This document shows, one piece after another, positions 10,721 to 24,160 of a stretch of 64,000 nucleotides of DNA. The notes under the pieces were generated by a model. It was given only the letters and a program-made list of their open reading frames with translations, ran no database searches and had not been told where the DNA came from. A program made the translations under genes and the position numbers. Numbering within the stretch: the stretch's first letter is position 1; each line of letters opens with the position of its first letter. The DNA comes from Basidiobolus meristosporus CBS 931.73 (Eukaryota; Fungi; Basidiobolomycota), in assembly GCA_002104905.1 (NCBI GenBank), contig MCFE01000016.1, positions 124,001-188,000 on the forward strand, in the 5' to 3' direction.

Positions 10721-11627
10721 GAAGTTGCTCCTTCATGGTAATGAAAGGGGTATCCTGTGGTGGATCTTCTGCATTCTGTATTTTGTCCTAAATCAACATC
10801 AGAGTAACCAACAAGATCCTGTTCTCAATCATTATAGGAGTATCTTGAGCAGATACCAGAGGGTCCATTTAAGTATCTAGATATCTGCCTAACTGCTACA
10901 ATATGATCAGGTCCATAGTTCTGATTACGCTGGCTGACAACCCCCACTGAATATGAGATATCTGGACATTTTCCAAGCATGATGTACATAAGACTGCCAA
11001 CCAAAGCCCTGCAAAAGATAATTGTGATGATCCTGTCAAAAGGCTGTCACCAATATTAAATCCCATGACTAAGAAGTATGGATGTATTGGGACCACTCAA
11101 TAAGTATTTCTACCATAACACCCTTTTTCCATGATTTTGCCCTATAAAGGTTATTGAGATAATCCCATCAAAAGGCCATCACAAAGTCAAAGTCCTGTGG
11201 CTAAGAGGTACTGATCCCTTTGGGACACCATCCAGAGACTGTTGAAAAATAATTGCACCCCAGAATTCACAAAAACTTGGTCAAAATTTTTCATCACAAC
11301 AATGTATAAGTGGCTTTTGATTGGTTCCCTGCCAATTTGCTCACTTTCTGATCCTGGACACTCTATTGCCTCCTACATTTGTGTGAATTGATTGCCTATT
11401 GCCTCTTTTTCACACTCCTTACTTCCTGACTCACCCAATTCTCTTACTTTTCATGCGTACAAATTGATTTATTTCCATTGAAACTTCAGTTGTACCTCAA
11501 TTACCAATTGTATTGACCTATGCAAGTCCCTATACCCTGCACTAACATTAAACCCAACCCCACACTTAACAAGTAACTCCATTAAAATCCCCCACCCAAT
11601 AAGTATTTCTGCTGTAATGCTCTGGTT

Positions 11628-13747
11628 CTACAACTTTGGTGGGAACCCAACAGCTTTATGCCACTGTTCATTCACCGGTTCCCACACATCCTGGTCTTCA
11701 GCTGGCACTGCAAGGTCTAGCTCCTCATTTGCCAGTCTTTGCAATAAATACTTGCTATATTCCAGTGTGTTTTCTTGAGCATTGCTCTTGAAGAAGTGCT
11801 GCAACCTCTTGGTGTGCCTATTAATGTTCCAAAACTCCACCAAAGGCATTGTGATAGTCCTTCAAGCTCTTGATGTTGTAGCCTTGTCTGTTAGTGGGAT
11901 CTCCACTCTGTCAACAATGGAGGATGTGGGGGCTGTGGTAGACAAATTGCCTTTTTCAGCAAACTCATCTACCTTGCTGGAGTGTAGCTTAACTGGCAGC
12001 ACTTCCAACTCTTGTGAAAACAGCTGTTTTCTTGTTGGGAACTCTACTTGGCTATGATGGGATTCAGTCTGTTCCTGGCTTGAGGTGTTAATTGGCAAGA
12101 ACTGCAGTTTTTTTTGCATACCTTCCTGTCTCAGGCCTGAGTAGACATTTTTCCATTTACCTTTTGCATTATCACTGCCAGGTCTTTCTCTGCCACTTTG
12201 AGTGTTTCTTGTCAAGAACTATGTTTTCTCCTAGATAAATTCTGCTCTGACGCATCTGTTTTGGCCTGCTTGTCCCTTGCTGGCACTCTTCTGGCAACCT
12301 GATGTTTCTTTTCTGCTTGTTTTGAGCTCTCAGCTGTAGTTGTGATGGGCTCCTGTAAAAGCAGCTGGTGTTTATCACTGCTAGGTCCTTCACTGCTACT
12401 TTGACTGGGTGCTTCTTGAGTGGTACTACACTTTTTCCTTGATAAATGTTGTCCTGGTGCATATGTGTCTGCCTGTTTGTCCCTTATTGGCACTCTTCCA
12501 GCTACCTGATGTCTCCTTGACGCTTGTCTGGAGCTTTTGGCCCTGCTTGTAATGGGCTCTTGAGGAAGCCACTGATTTTTAGCCATGGCACCCTTGTTCT
12601 TCTGCCTTTGATAGTTTCTGCTATTCTTAAGATACTTTCTTAGCATACCAATGCTGGCCCAAAATCCATTTGCCTGTTTGAATCCAGGATAATGCTCATA
12701 GAACAAGTCAAGTGCATTCTGCTTAGCCTTGAGTGCCTGATGATCCTATGGTATGCTGGCCTTAAGGTGATGGCATGCTAGACTTCTGACGGCCTCTTGT
12801 ATATTAGCCAACTCTTCATTATTGCACTCAATGGCTTCACAGATCTTCAATGTCTTTTGATTTTTAGGCTTTGGTATAAACACCACATTGTCTCCCTCCC
12901 ATGCTGTGATAGGTTTTCTGTGGGCTTTATCTTTGGGCACTGTTGTTATGCTTCAAAGACTGTACAGTGTTCCTCTGCTGTTACATTGCAATATAGCTCA
13001 ATTCTTGGCTGTGACATTGAGCTACTGGAGTTCCTTCTTTGCAGCAAAGATACTGCTTTCTCTACCTGGGATAATAGACTTGTTCCATCATTCCAGCTGA
13101 TCATAGTGCCCAATAGTGCCCTAGCATGCCAGATGGTGCCTGATCATGCCACAGAGTGCCAGATGGTGCCATACAGTGCCAATTTGGGATCAAAATTGAC
13201 ATGCATATGACCCTAAAATATCAAATTAATAACAAAATATACAGCACTTTCTGGCACTATGATCAATGGCACAATGGAACAAGTCTATTAATTGCTCCAC
13301 ACATATTATCTGCTCATTCTGTTTCTGGACTGTTTCCTGATTTCTCTGGGCCATTGCATCTATCCTATCAGCCACTGCACCTAATTGCTTCATTAATGCT
13401 TTGGTATAAGCTGACAACATACTTGCTAATATGGGTGGTGGTGTTGTTATCATGGCCACTTGCTGATGTTCAACTGAGGTTACTGCGTTTGCTACATTCT
13501 TATCTGCCTGAGTATAACAGTCAGCTTGTGGCTCTGCAGAGGTTCTTAGTTGCCTACATGACTGAGAGCCTGAAGAGTCCGCATTATTACCTTCAATGGG
13601 CACACTGTCCACAGGGCCTTTTTTGGATGTAGCCTTGCTTGTTGCACCTAATGTCAAAGCAAGCTGTGGTCCAACCATTCTTCTGTTGCTGTCAGTGGCA
13701 GGGTTTGGTTGAGAACCAGACAACTTTGCTTTATTTTTTGGTGGCAT
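11628..13747 (-). pseudogene. CACTA second ORF (ORF A, MPPKNKAK...), divergent from the transposase and interrupted by a MITE
   Basis: Homologous ORF fragments recur in every copy (37877-39788, 45.3-46.4 kb, 18.3-20 kb). They include a conserved block IQEAVRSLACHHLKA.IPWDHQ..FKQANGFWASIGMLRKYLKN and ~200-bp internal repeats. Confidence 0.65.
13077..13285. mobile_element. MITE, 209 bp, GACTTGTTCC terminal inverted repeats, TA-flanked
   Basis: TA|GACTTGTTCCA..TGGAACAAGTC|TA with ~33-bp imperfect TIRs. Absent at the equivalent position of CACTA copy 2 (~39325). Confidence 0.85.
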
Positions 13748-13875
13748 ATATATGGAAGTGAGTCAAACCAAAGGGGAAATGGTGTTACATATACATGTAT
13801 ATGTGTTGACATAACTTTATTTATAATGCTTACTATGGCAGGTCATCATTGAATCTTACATTCATGTAGGTGCAA

Positions 13876-16800
13876 TGTCTCAAATACAAGACTGTCTTAA
13901 GTTCACATGATTATTGACTAAAAAGTGATATAATAGCGTTGCGTTGTTGAAGGTCAAATTGTTTGCCCAATAGACAAGACTACTTTGACTCAATGCTGTA
14001 AGAGAAGAGAAAAAAGACCATGTGGCTATTGTGGCAAGCCTCTCAGCCATGAAGCACTCAGACTGCATAGGAAGTATTACAAGGCTCACGGCCAGTGTTT
14101 TGCCACCCAAGTCATATTTGACCATTCATTGGTCACCACTGTACCAACATTTTCTTGCCAGCCAGTTGATACTTCTATATTGGCACCTGGCCATCTTTGT
14201 CACCTTGCGTTAACTGAGTCAGGTGAGTTTGTGATGCCTTTAGGCTCACCTCAGCCTTCTGAACATAGCATGCAGAGTGATAGCTCTCACAAAGAAGGTT
14301 CACTGATGGATTTTGAGCCTATCTCCCCTAACAGCAGTACCAACATGAGCCCAGTCAAATCCCTATATGCAATGAGACAACAGCCATTGAAACAAATGCC
14401 AAGGATACTTCATGGAGCCAAGTGAGCCTAGTAATTCATCTACTGGTGAATGATGTAATGATGTGGCTAGAGAAGTAGCACATTTCCACTAATATCAGTA
14501 ATGGGGGCTTTGAGGATTTATTACTACTTATTGCCAAAATCATACCAGTGTGGTGGTGTATAGGTCCAAGGGAATGATACATCCAACACTTCTCAAGTGT
14601 TTTGTGTGTTGGGTGTTCACTGGGTGCAATAACCACTGGCAAAAGCTTGCTAGGAATACTTGGGTTCTGTCTCTAATCTAATGTGATGGGGAATAAAGCA
14701 ACAAGCTTGTCAAGGGAAAACTATTGAGCTACAATCCCCAACTTAGTTGGCATTGTAACAAAAGTATGTGCTGGGTCCAGCATCCTTTGAGATGACAATG
14801 TACTAAAGCTTCCAAAGTCAAAACAATTGTAAACTCCACCAGCAGGGACTTGATAAGAATGCAGTTGTGATCAATAGTTACAAAGACAGAAAAGTATCTT
14901 TGCCTGTACAAGAACAAACTTGGGAAAGAATCATATATAATAAAAGATACCTACTCTGAGTATTCCTCACAAGTAGTGCCTCCAAGGTCAGTTGGCTATC
15001 AGCGTGGTGTCCTGGGAGTGTCCTGTGGTCTGGGGTTGGAAGTTTAGGTAGCAGCAGGTAGCAGTGGTCACACTAATCAACTAGTTGGTATATTGATAAA
15101 AGGGATGATGATTTATTGTTGAGGAATAGCCTCCCTTATATTCTTTTCTTACTGGCTAAGTGATTACTAATCATGGTGTTCCAGAAGGCTCCAGATGTCA
15201 ATAGATATCTTAATGACATCAGAATGACCTAAGAATGTTCTAAGTAGGTGCCAGAAGGTTCTAAGAGGCACAGCACATCCAACCAATCAGGAATCAGTAC
15301 CCTGAAACCTGTGAAACATAGGGATACCATATATGGTATGATAATGGTAGGGATGGTGACATGGGTTGATCATGTGTCATGGGTACTGGCACAGGTACTT
15401 GCCTAATATAGAAGCACTTACAGCTAGTAATCTTACATTAAGTGAGGGATAACTTATGCAATAAGGTAAGCAGGTCTGATAGTCAACCAGCTTATGGGAT
15501 AGTACTGATCAGGTAAGACAAATGTGATAAAACTAAAATAAGTGTAGTAGAGATATAGGGAAGTAGAAAATATGGGAATGAGCACATCTGTCAGTGGGTG
15601 TCACTGTCACCCCACTACACCAGGATGCAGCTTACCATGTACATGGTACAAGTGGACAACCGTCATGCAGCTGGCAACAAATGATCCAGAGACTGTACTG
15701 ATTCCAGCATGTGTTAACAATTGCATGGCATTCACATCCAAAAATGCTATCATTGCAACATGTCCAAATAGTCAGGAATCCACCACCATTGAGGGAAAAC
15801 ATTGTTCACACTCTGGATAAATTCCAGTCATACCCCATCTGAGGAAGCTGATACAGTCCAACAAATATTGCAAAGCTATATAGTACTGCACTCAGTATCA
15901 ATCAAGCGCAAACATATCCAATATATTCAATGGCAAACATTACAAACAGCTAAGATGCAAGGGCTACTTTGAAGGTATGTATGACCATGCCTTTGCTTTA
16001 GCACTTGATGGATTCTCATTAAACAAGTACTCTACCAGCAAATCTGGCTGGCCACTGATTCTCATTAATCTGAAACTGCCACCCATCTTATGATATCAGA
16101 GCAATAATCTGATGGTAGTCTCACTGGTATCTGGGCCTAAATCACCATCCAACTTGGATAGCTACCTGTATCCATTGCTTGATGAATTTTGTATGCTTTC
16201 CAGCAGGATAACAGTAAATGGCCGTCATGTAAAAGTGCATATTATTATCTGCATTGGAGATACCCAAGCCATCAGCAAGATAGCAGGTTTTTCCGGGCAC
16301 AATGGATGGTATTGCTGTCAAATGTGTGAGATCCAGGGGATTTACTCCATTACTCACACACATTATTATTACCCAAACACCAGCACTAAGAACACCATCT
16401 TTCCACAGAGAGAATGTACAAAAATAAGCATGCAATTGCAGCAAAGTTGGCAAGCTATAAGCCATTGGCCAGAATATGGAATCAATCAGATACCAGAGAT
16501 ACTTAAGAGAGAGGGTATCTGTTGGAGCAAAAGCTTTCCACTGGGAGTAATGCATTTGCTTTTCAACAATATCCCTATACAAATGACCAAGTTGTACCTG
16601 GGGCATTTCAAGCTAAATGAGCCCTTTGAGATACCAGAGAGATTTGAAAGAATTGGCAAGATATTATAGAGTATCTGCTTCCCTAAGTACTTCTCATGGG
16701 CTCCAATTAATATTCATATACATATGCAACAATACAAATGCATAGACTGCATGAGCTGGATATATATTTATTCAAGTGGCATTCTGAAGCCATTCCTACC

Positions 16801-17769
16801 AAATGTACATTGGAAGCATTGGGAGTCATATGTGGACATTGTAGGAATATTTATCCAGAAGTGGATCACCAATGCCAACTTGACGCTCCTACAGCTGTTG
16901 TGTGAGGAGTTTGTGACAGGACTTGAGCAGCTATACTACCAACTTAATGCTGAATGTGTAGATCTCTGCTGCTACTGTATCCATTCTCTACTGCATCTTG
17001 CATGGTGTGTGGAGAATATTGGGCCTTGCTTCACCTTTTGGGAGTTTCCTATGGAGCAGATGCGCAGGGAGATAGGAAGACAAATTAAGTCACAGGTACT
17101 ACCATATCCCAATCTCATCAAGAATATTACCTTGAAGTCCATCATGGATGTGATGAGTTGGCACATGGAGGACAGCCAGAAAGAGTTGGAAAATACTGAG
17201 GACAAATGCGCACATGGAGACACCTATGCCTCTGGCATTAAGAAGCTAAGCAGCCCCATTGTGTGGGTAATCAGTTAAGTAATGCAAAGTTAGGTTGAGT
17301 GCAACAAGCAACAAATTTCTATCAGGCAAACTCTACCAAGATATGCTGGATTTCTCATGGTCACAAGCCAGCTTATACGCCATTCAATACGGAATTCACA
17401 AACATAAGCCAGAGTGCACCTATAAGGGGGAATAGAATCCAGCAGGGAGAAGGAATATATTGGCTAAATACCAAGAAGTTCTTTGCGGATATTCAGGAGG
17501 TATTCATGGCAGAAGTGGCAACAACCAAGCATATGATTGCAAGATGTATATGTTACCAGCAGTACAAGGTATATTGCAACTTTGCAAGTATCCTGCTAAA
17601 TAGCCGTAAAGTTGAGGTGATATACGTATGTCAATTGCGGCAGGTGTGCACGTTTGTAGAGGTTAGTAAGCAGGAGGTCATAGTTTTTATGATTCAAACT
17701 ATATGTGGAATACCCAAGGTAGTAGTGGGTAAGCAAATAAAGAGGGGTGATTTACAGTGGAATATATGA
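13876..17769 (+). pseudogene. CACTA transposase pseudogene (split by a solo LTR, stops and frameshifts)
   Basis: N-terminal CGYCGKPLSHEALRLH zinc-finger-like motif, PACVNNCMAF..CP, GDTQAISKIAGFSGHNGWYCCQMC, LGVMHLLFNNI and a DUF4218-like C-terminus. Confidence 0.85.
14549..15619 (-). mobile_element. Ty3/gypsy solo LTR, subfamily G1 (1071 bp)
   Basis: TG..CA ends, 4-bp TSD CCAG (14545-48 and 15620-23), empty site ATACCAGGATG in CACTA copy 2 (~40580). Homologous to the LTR at 51866-52935. Confidence 0.93.
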
Positions 17770-18209
17770 ATAGCACAAGGGGAGGTGGAAAAAGAAAATA
17801 CCATTTGGTAAACTGGTATGGTAGCATTGTACAGAAGCAGCTGTAGGCTGTCATACTGCCAATTTAATGCCATCAGAGTCTTGCTGTGAGGCTGCCAAAA
17901 TACTGTCAAGTTTCTTGCTATACAAGGCAATTGCATTTTGTGGCCAACTGGATCCACTTAAAATAGTTATATAGTGCTAAACAACTGCAATAATACCATG
18001 CAAATATTGTCACTGCACCAATAGAATATTGTCAAGTTTTATCCCTTTATTTGGTTGTAAAATTAGCAAAACACTATCATGATCCCATCAGAAGATTATT
18101 AGGAGGGTCACTAATTCTAAGCTGCTGGTATTATGACAGTCTCAAAATGGGATCTTGACAGCTGATCTGGATCAGATTCACCTGTGGGACCAAATTATTA
18201 TTCATAGGG

Positions 18210-20205
18210 TTGGTTGGAACCCTGTGGCTTAGTACCATTGTTCATTCTCTGGTTCCCATACATCCTGGTCTTCAGCCAGCACTGCAAGGTCTAGCACCTT
18301 GCATGCCAGCCTTTGCAATATATCCTTGCTATATTCAAGTGCATTTTCTTGAGCACTGCTCTTGAAGAAATGCTGCAGCCTTATGGTATGCCTAATTGTG
18401 TTCTAAAATTGCACTGTAGGGATTGCAACAGTCTTCTGATTTCCTGATATTGTTACTTTGTCTGTCAGTGGGATCTCCACTCTGTCTAAAATGGGGGATG
18501 TGGAGCTGTGGTAGACAAGTTGCCTTTCTCTGCAAACTAATCTACCTCACTGAAGTGTAGCTCAACCTGCTATGCTTCCAACCCTTGGGAAAATAGCTGT
18601 TGCCTTCTTAATAATTCTTCTTGGCAACTATGGGTTCAGCCATCTCTACATTGATGGCATCATTTGGTGGGAACTGCAGCTTTTTTCTTATGCTTCCCTG
18701 GTGCTATTTGGGTAGACTTTTTCCCTTTACCATTATCACTGCTAGGTCTTTAACTGCTACTTTAACTGAGTGCTTCTTGTCTTGAACCATAGGTTCTCCT
18801 TGATAAATATTGCACTAGTGTATCTGTTGCTGCCTGCTTATCTCTCACTGGAACTCTTCAGACTACCTGACATTTCATTACCACTTGTTTTGAGCTTTTG
18901 GCCCTGCTTGTGACAGGCTCCTGAGGAAGCTACTAGACTTTATCACTGCCAGGCCCCTCACTATTACTTTATTGCAATATCTTAGGGCCCTGTTGTTGTA
19001 CTTCAATGACTGCGCAGTATTCCTCTAATGATACATTGGGAAGCAGCTAAATTCTGGTCTGTGAGATTGAGCTACTTGAGTTCATTCTTTGCAGCAAAGA
19101 TACTGCACTCTCTACCTAGGATATTGATTACTCTACATATATTATTCACTTGTCCTGTATCAGGACTATTGCTCAATTTCTCTGGACCATTGCATCTATC
19201 ATATTAGGCACTTCACCTGATTGCTGCATCAATGCTTTGGTATGAGCTGATAACAAACTTGCTATTACTGGTGTTGGTGATGTTATGACAGTCACTTGCT
19301 AATCTTTCACCAGTGATACTGCTTTTGCTACATTCTCATCTGCCTAAACATTACACTCAGCTTGCAGCTCCACCAAGATTCTCAGTTGCCTACTTGACTG
19401 ATTTTGTAAAAGTCTTGGATATATTGGAAGTCATTGGGAGTACAGGTAAATTAGGTGGTTTTCTCTTGAGCATCAATTGAATGTAAAAGTAGTATTTATA
19501 CTTTTGCATGGTCTTGGCATAAAAGCGCATAGAATATGCTTAGGAAAGTCCCAAGAGCATGTGTATAAAGTTTGGGGCTGTTTGGATAACTTATCCAATC
19601 ATCATGTTCTGGGTAACTGATGTTTTGGTGAAAATATAGCAAGTCCCAACAAGGAATTTGGTCAGTATTCACTAAGATTTGTGGGCAAAACTCCAAGTGA
19701 CTAAGTTAGGTGAATATTTTGGTGGAACTACCAATTTTTACAACAACTGAGAGCCTGAGGGGTTTGCATTATAACCTTCAGTGGGAACACTGTCAACAAG
19801 GCCTTTTTTGGAAGTAGCCCCTATTTTACACTGAATGTCAAAGTAAGCTGCTTTTCAATTGTCTTTCTCCTGCTGATTGCAGAGGGGTTTGATTAGGAAC
19901 CAGTCAACTTTGCATTATTTTTAAGTGCTATATATATGGAAGTGAGTTAAGCCAAAGGGGAAATAGTGTTACATACACATGTGCATATGGTGCCACAGCT
20001 ATATTAATAATGCTTACTTTGCTGGGTTATCATTAAAACCTACAGTCATGTTGATGTGATGCCTCAAATACAAGATTGTCTTTAACTCACATGAGTGTTG
20101 ACAAAAAGTGATATAATAGCATCACATTGTTGAGTGTCAAGCTGTTCACCCCACAGAGAAGACTACTTTGATTCAACACTGTAAAAGAAGAGAGAAAAGT
20201 ACATG
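18210..20205 (+). mobile_element. Older CACTA copy (right part) that was the target of the 11140-18209 insertion; its left part ends at 11139
   Basis: The sequences on either side of the TTG TSD join to give the element-internal sequence seen at ~11590-11700. Confidence 0.8.
19402..19745 (-). mobile_element. Copia family A solo LTR (344 bp)
   Basis: 5-bp TSD ACTGA (19397-19401 and 19746-50). The host CACTA sequence is continuous across it. Confidence 0.92.
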
Positions 20206-21170
20206 TGAATGTTGTATTGCTTACTAACTTCAACATTTGTGTAAACCCACTGCAATTGACACATTTCTTTCACCTCCACTTTACAGCTTTAAGGTGTGAT
20301 ACTTGCAAAGTTGCCATATACCTTGTATCACTGGTAACTTATACATCTTGCAAACATATGCTTGGTTGTTGCCAGCCTTGCTATGAATACCTCCTGACTA
20401 TCTGCCAAGAACTTTCTGGTATTAAGCAAGTATATTCCTTCTTTCAGCTGGATTCTAGTCACCCTTATTGGTGAGCTCTGGCTCTTGTTTGTGTGAATTC
20501 TGTGCTGAAAGGTGTACAAACAGGCTTATTACCAGGGGAAACTTGGCATGCTTTTGTAAAGCTGCTCTAATAAAAATTAGTTGCTTGTTGTGTCCAGCCC
20601 AACCTTGCATTACTTAACTAATTACCCATGTATTGGGGCTGCTTAGCTTCTTAATGCTAAAAGCATAGTTGTCTCCATGTGGACATCTGTCCTCAGTACT
20701 TACCAACTCTTTCTGGTTGTCCTCCATGTGCCAGCACACCACATCTATGCTTGACTTGAAGGTTATAATCTTAATTAGATTAGGTTATGGTAGCACCAGC
20801 AACTTGACTCATCTTCCTATCTCCACATATATCTGCTGCATAGTAAACTCCCAAAAGGTAAAGCAAGGCCCAATATTTTGCATACACCAAGCAAGATGGA
20901 ATGGAGACTTGATACAGTAGCAGCAGAGATCTATATCTTCAGCTTTTTGTGTAAAATATAGCTGCTCAAAACCCATCATAAGCTCCATGAATAAAAGCTC
21001 TAGATGTGCCAATTTGGCAACGGTGGTCTGCTTCTGGATAAATATTCCTACAATGTCAACATATAACTCTCAAAGCTGCCAATGTACTCTGGGTAGAAAT
21101 TGCTTCAGAATACTATTAGAATAAATACATATCCAGTTGATCCAGTAATTGCATCTATATTGTTATATAT
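20206..21170 (-). mobile_element. Inverted CACTA transposase 3' fragment
   Basis: Minus-strand ORF HLAWCMQNIGPCFTFWEF matches 16970-17060. Confidence 0.85.
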
Positions 21171-22157
21171 GGAAATGAATATTGATTGGATATAGCTCAA
21201 CTGGTAGTGCCTCCAGCTCTTGAGAAAACAGCTGTTGCCTTCTTGGTACTCCTTCTTATCTATTATGGGATTTGGCCTGTTCTGGGCTCATGGTGCCAAT
21301 TAGTGAGTAGTGCAACATTTTTTCAACGCTGCACTATTCCTGGCATTGTTAGACTGTTTCCCCTTTACCTTTATCCCTGCCAGGTCTTTGGCTACAACAT
21401 TGACTGTGCACCTCTTATAGTAGACTTCCTTAATATCTGCTGCACAACTGCATCTGTGTCTGTATGCCTGGCCCTTACCCTCACTCTTCTGGCTACCCAA
21501 AGTTACTTTACCACTTGTTTTGAGCTTTACACCCTGGCTGTGAAGTGCTCCTGAGGATGCTGCTGGTCCTTTTTGATCTAAAACAGGTTCAGCCAAAAGT
21601 TGTTCCAAGATAATTAAGCTAAGATCAACTACTTAAGATGTTAGCAAAGTTTTTTAAAAAGATTTAAGATTGGGGAAAATATGTTTGTATATAATCTTCT
21701 TGGACTGAGTGCTTCTGGGATGGATCTATTTTCTTCCTTCAAAAATGTTGCACTGGTGCATCCATTTCTGCCTATTTGTCTATTGTCACTGCTATTCCAG
21801 CTACCTGAAATTTCTTTGCTGCTTGTTTGGAGCTTTTGGCACTGCTTTTAAGGGGCACTTGATGAAGTTGCTAGTTCTTGGCCATGGCACCATTGCTCTT
21901 CTGCATTTGGTAGTCACTACTATTCTTATGATAATATCTTGGCATATCAATGTGAGCATAAAATCTGTTTGCTCATTTGAGTACAGAATATTGCTCATGG
22001 AACAGGTCCAGCATATTGTGCTTTGTCTTGAGTTCCTGCTGGTTCAAGGTATGCAAGCCTTAATTTGATTGAATGCTTGAATTTGTATAGCATTCTCTAT
22101 TAGCCCACTCTTCATCAATGCACTTGATGGCTCCAAAAACCTACCATGTTCTTTACT

Positions 22158-22721
22158 TGTCAGGCTCTGGCTCAAAGATCACAGTCAATCCTGTTAATAC
22201 TGTTATGAATAGACACAAGGCAGGAGGAAAAGCTAGGCATGGCAGGAAAGGACTTAGGTGTGGACCATCAAGGCAAGGCAGGATTCAAGGCAAGGCTGTT
22301 TATTCAAGACCTGTGTTTATCAGACTGAGGAATACTTAAAGGGGGATAGGACTATATATACTTTTTGGCTATACTGATGCCAAGAGATATTAGCTAATGC
22401 TAATGGGGTTGTGGGGTGAGGCACAGCAATGGTGCTGGGGATAATGACATAGATGACATGGCACTGAGACAGGATGGGGAAATGGATTGAGTCACCTGAT
22501 CATATGACTAAGTCATGTGACCTGGTATTTCCATATATGGTACTGGACTGTGAAAAATACAATGGAAAGCTTCCATGGAATGTTCCATTGTGTAACAATG
22601 GTTTGGAATGGTCAGGAACTTTCTGGAAGGTGGTAGAAGGTTCCAGAAGGAATCTCTTAGAAATTGAGCTAGGAAGCTGAAACTTGGCATGGGTGTTCAT
22701 GGTTGTCATGTGATCATGACA
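22158..22721. mobile_element. LTR-like insert (564 bp, third family) in CACTA ORF A remnant
   Basis: TGTCA..TGACA ends and a CCATATATGG box shared with the G1/G2 LTRs. No TSD; ~45 bp of host sequence is missing at the junction. Confidence 0.6.
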
Positions 22722-22999
22722 AATACCGCAATAGATATCTCTATGGGCTTTATCTTTGTGCACTGTTATAATGTTTCAAGGACTTTACAGTGCTCCACTG
22801 CTGTTTATTGGGACATAGGTCAACTCTTTGCTGTAACATTGAACTACTTGAGTTCCTTCTTTGTAGCCTAGACACTGCATTTGCAGCTTGAGATACTGAT
22901 TGCTTTAGATATACTATCCACTCATCCTGTTGCTGGACTATTTGCTAATTTATGTGTGCAACTGAATCTAACCTATTAGTTACTGCACCTGATTGCCAC

Positions 23000-23769
23000 T
23001 GTGGTGGTGTAGAGGTACTCCTGGGAGAAACTACACAACTCAAGGTGTGTGAGGTGTCTGATGGGTGCAATAACCTCTGTGTCTAAACTGCTGGTGTCTT
23101 TGTCAATATGTCACTATGGTAAAAGCTCCTGCTTCTCTAGCTTCCTAGGTGCTCCAAGTGTCTCCAAAGGCCTCTGTGTGTCTTGTGCACTACCCTGAAA
23201 GGCTCCTTGATGGCAGGTCTGAGATGTACTGTTGAAGGCAGGTGCAGTGATTGACTGCTAATCAATAAGGTAGAAATGTTACTGATAGAAGGGATCATTT
23301 ATTGATGAGAGATTGCTTTCCCTGAAATACTTTGCCTGATTGCCAAGTGATTACTAATGAGAAGGTTCTAGAAGATTCTAGGCATCAGTGGAGTTCTTGA
23401 TGACATCACTATGAGCTAAAAATATGCCAAGAATGTCCTGCAAGGTTCTAAAAGGCACAGCACATCCTATCAATCAGGTATCAGTAGTCTGAAACCTGTG
23501 CAACATAGAAATACCATATATGGTATTGAAATGGTAGGGATGGTAACACAGACCTAGGTCATGTGTCATGGGTACTGATGCGGGTACTTGCCTTATGTAG
23601 ATACATATACTGATCATAAGGCTGAAAGACTTCTGGTATAACTAATGCTAATAACTAATCAGGGTAAACATCATATGGGGATAATACTGATAAGATAAAG
23701 TATGGATAATTACATCATAATGGCTATATGAATAAACTTGTCTGTGGGAGGTATGTTTACCCTACCACA
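23000..23769 (-). mobile_element. Ty3/gypsy solo LTR, subfamily G2 (770 bp)
   Basis: TG..CA ends, TSD CCAC on both sides, near-identical to 48529-49332. Confidence 0.92.
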
Positions 23770-23929
23770 CCACATAAATACAATGGTGTGAACTGATAGC
23801 ATACTTGCTAATACTGGTGGTGTTGATGTTATGGTCATCCCCTGAGGGTATTGAACTTGCTGCATTCTCATCTGCCAAAGCATTGTGGACTGCTAGCAGC
23901 TCTGCAGATATTCTCAATTTCCTAGTTTA

Positions 23930-24160
23930 TTGAGAGCCCAAGGATCCTATTGGGTGATAATGATGCAATCAAATGAGTCATCAGCCACAGCCTACATAAG
24001 GAATTACAATTAGTAAGCAATTGCTCTGGCAAAATGTGCATACAGAGTTGCTTGAGCCTCAATAAAAATCAGTTCAAGTTTCAGTAAATACAATGCTAGC
24101 TAAACTCTCTATTCCTTTAAAACTCTGATATCAGCACTTGCAACATCTTTAAGTGTATAT
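23930..24160. repeat. Dispersed LTR-like repeat family 4 (other copies ~24740-24955, ~27840-28255, ~33340-33850)
   Basis: Shared GATGCAATCAAATGAGTCATCAGC..CCTACAT and ACTGA..GTAGATCA blocks in both orientations. Boundaries not resolved. Confidence 0.6.

Larger units (their letters stand above)
11140..18209 (+). mobile_element. Complete but decayed CACTA/En-Spm (CMC) DNA transposon, 7.07 kb including two nested inserts
   Basis: Termini CCCTATAAAGGTTATT.. and ..AATTATTATTCATAGGG, 3-bp TSD TTG (11137-39 and 18210-12), subterminal GATCCCATC-like repeats. Transposase_21-like ALDGFS..LILINL.LP..GPKSPSNLDSYLYPLLDE and DUF4218-like LLHLAWCVENIGPCFTFWEFPMEQ. Confidence 0.88.

Noticed and set aside
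13101-13180. Regular repeat-spacer pattern superficially like a mini-CRISPR
   Set aside because: 4-bp constant plus 6-bp variable units inside a TIR element in a eukaryote, with no cas genes.
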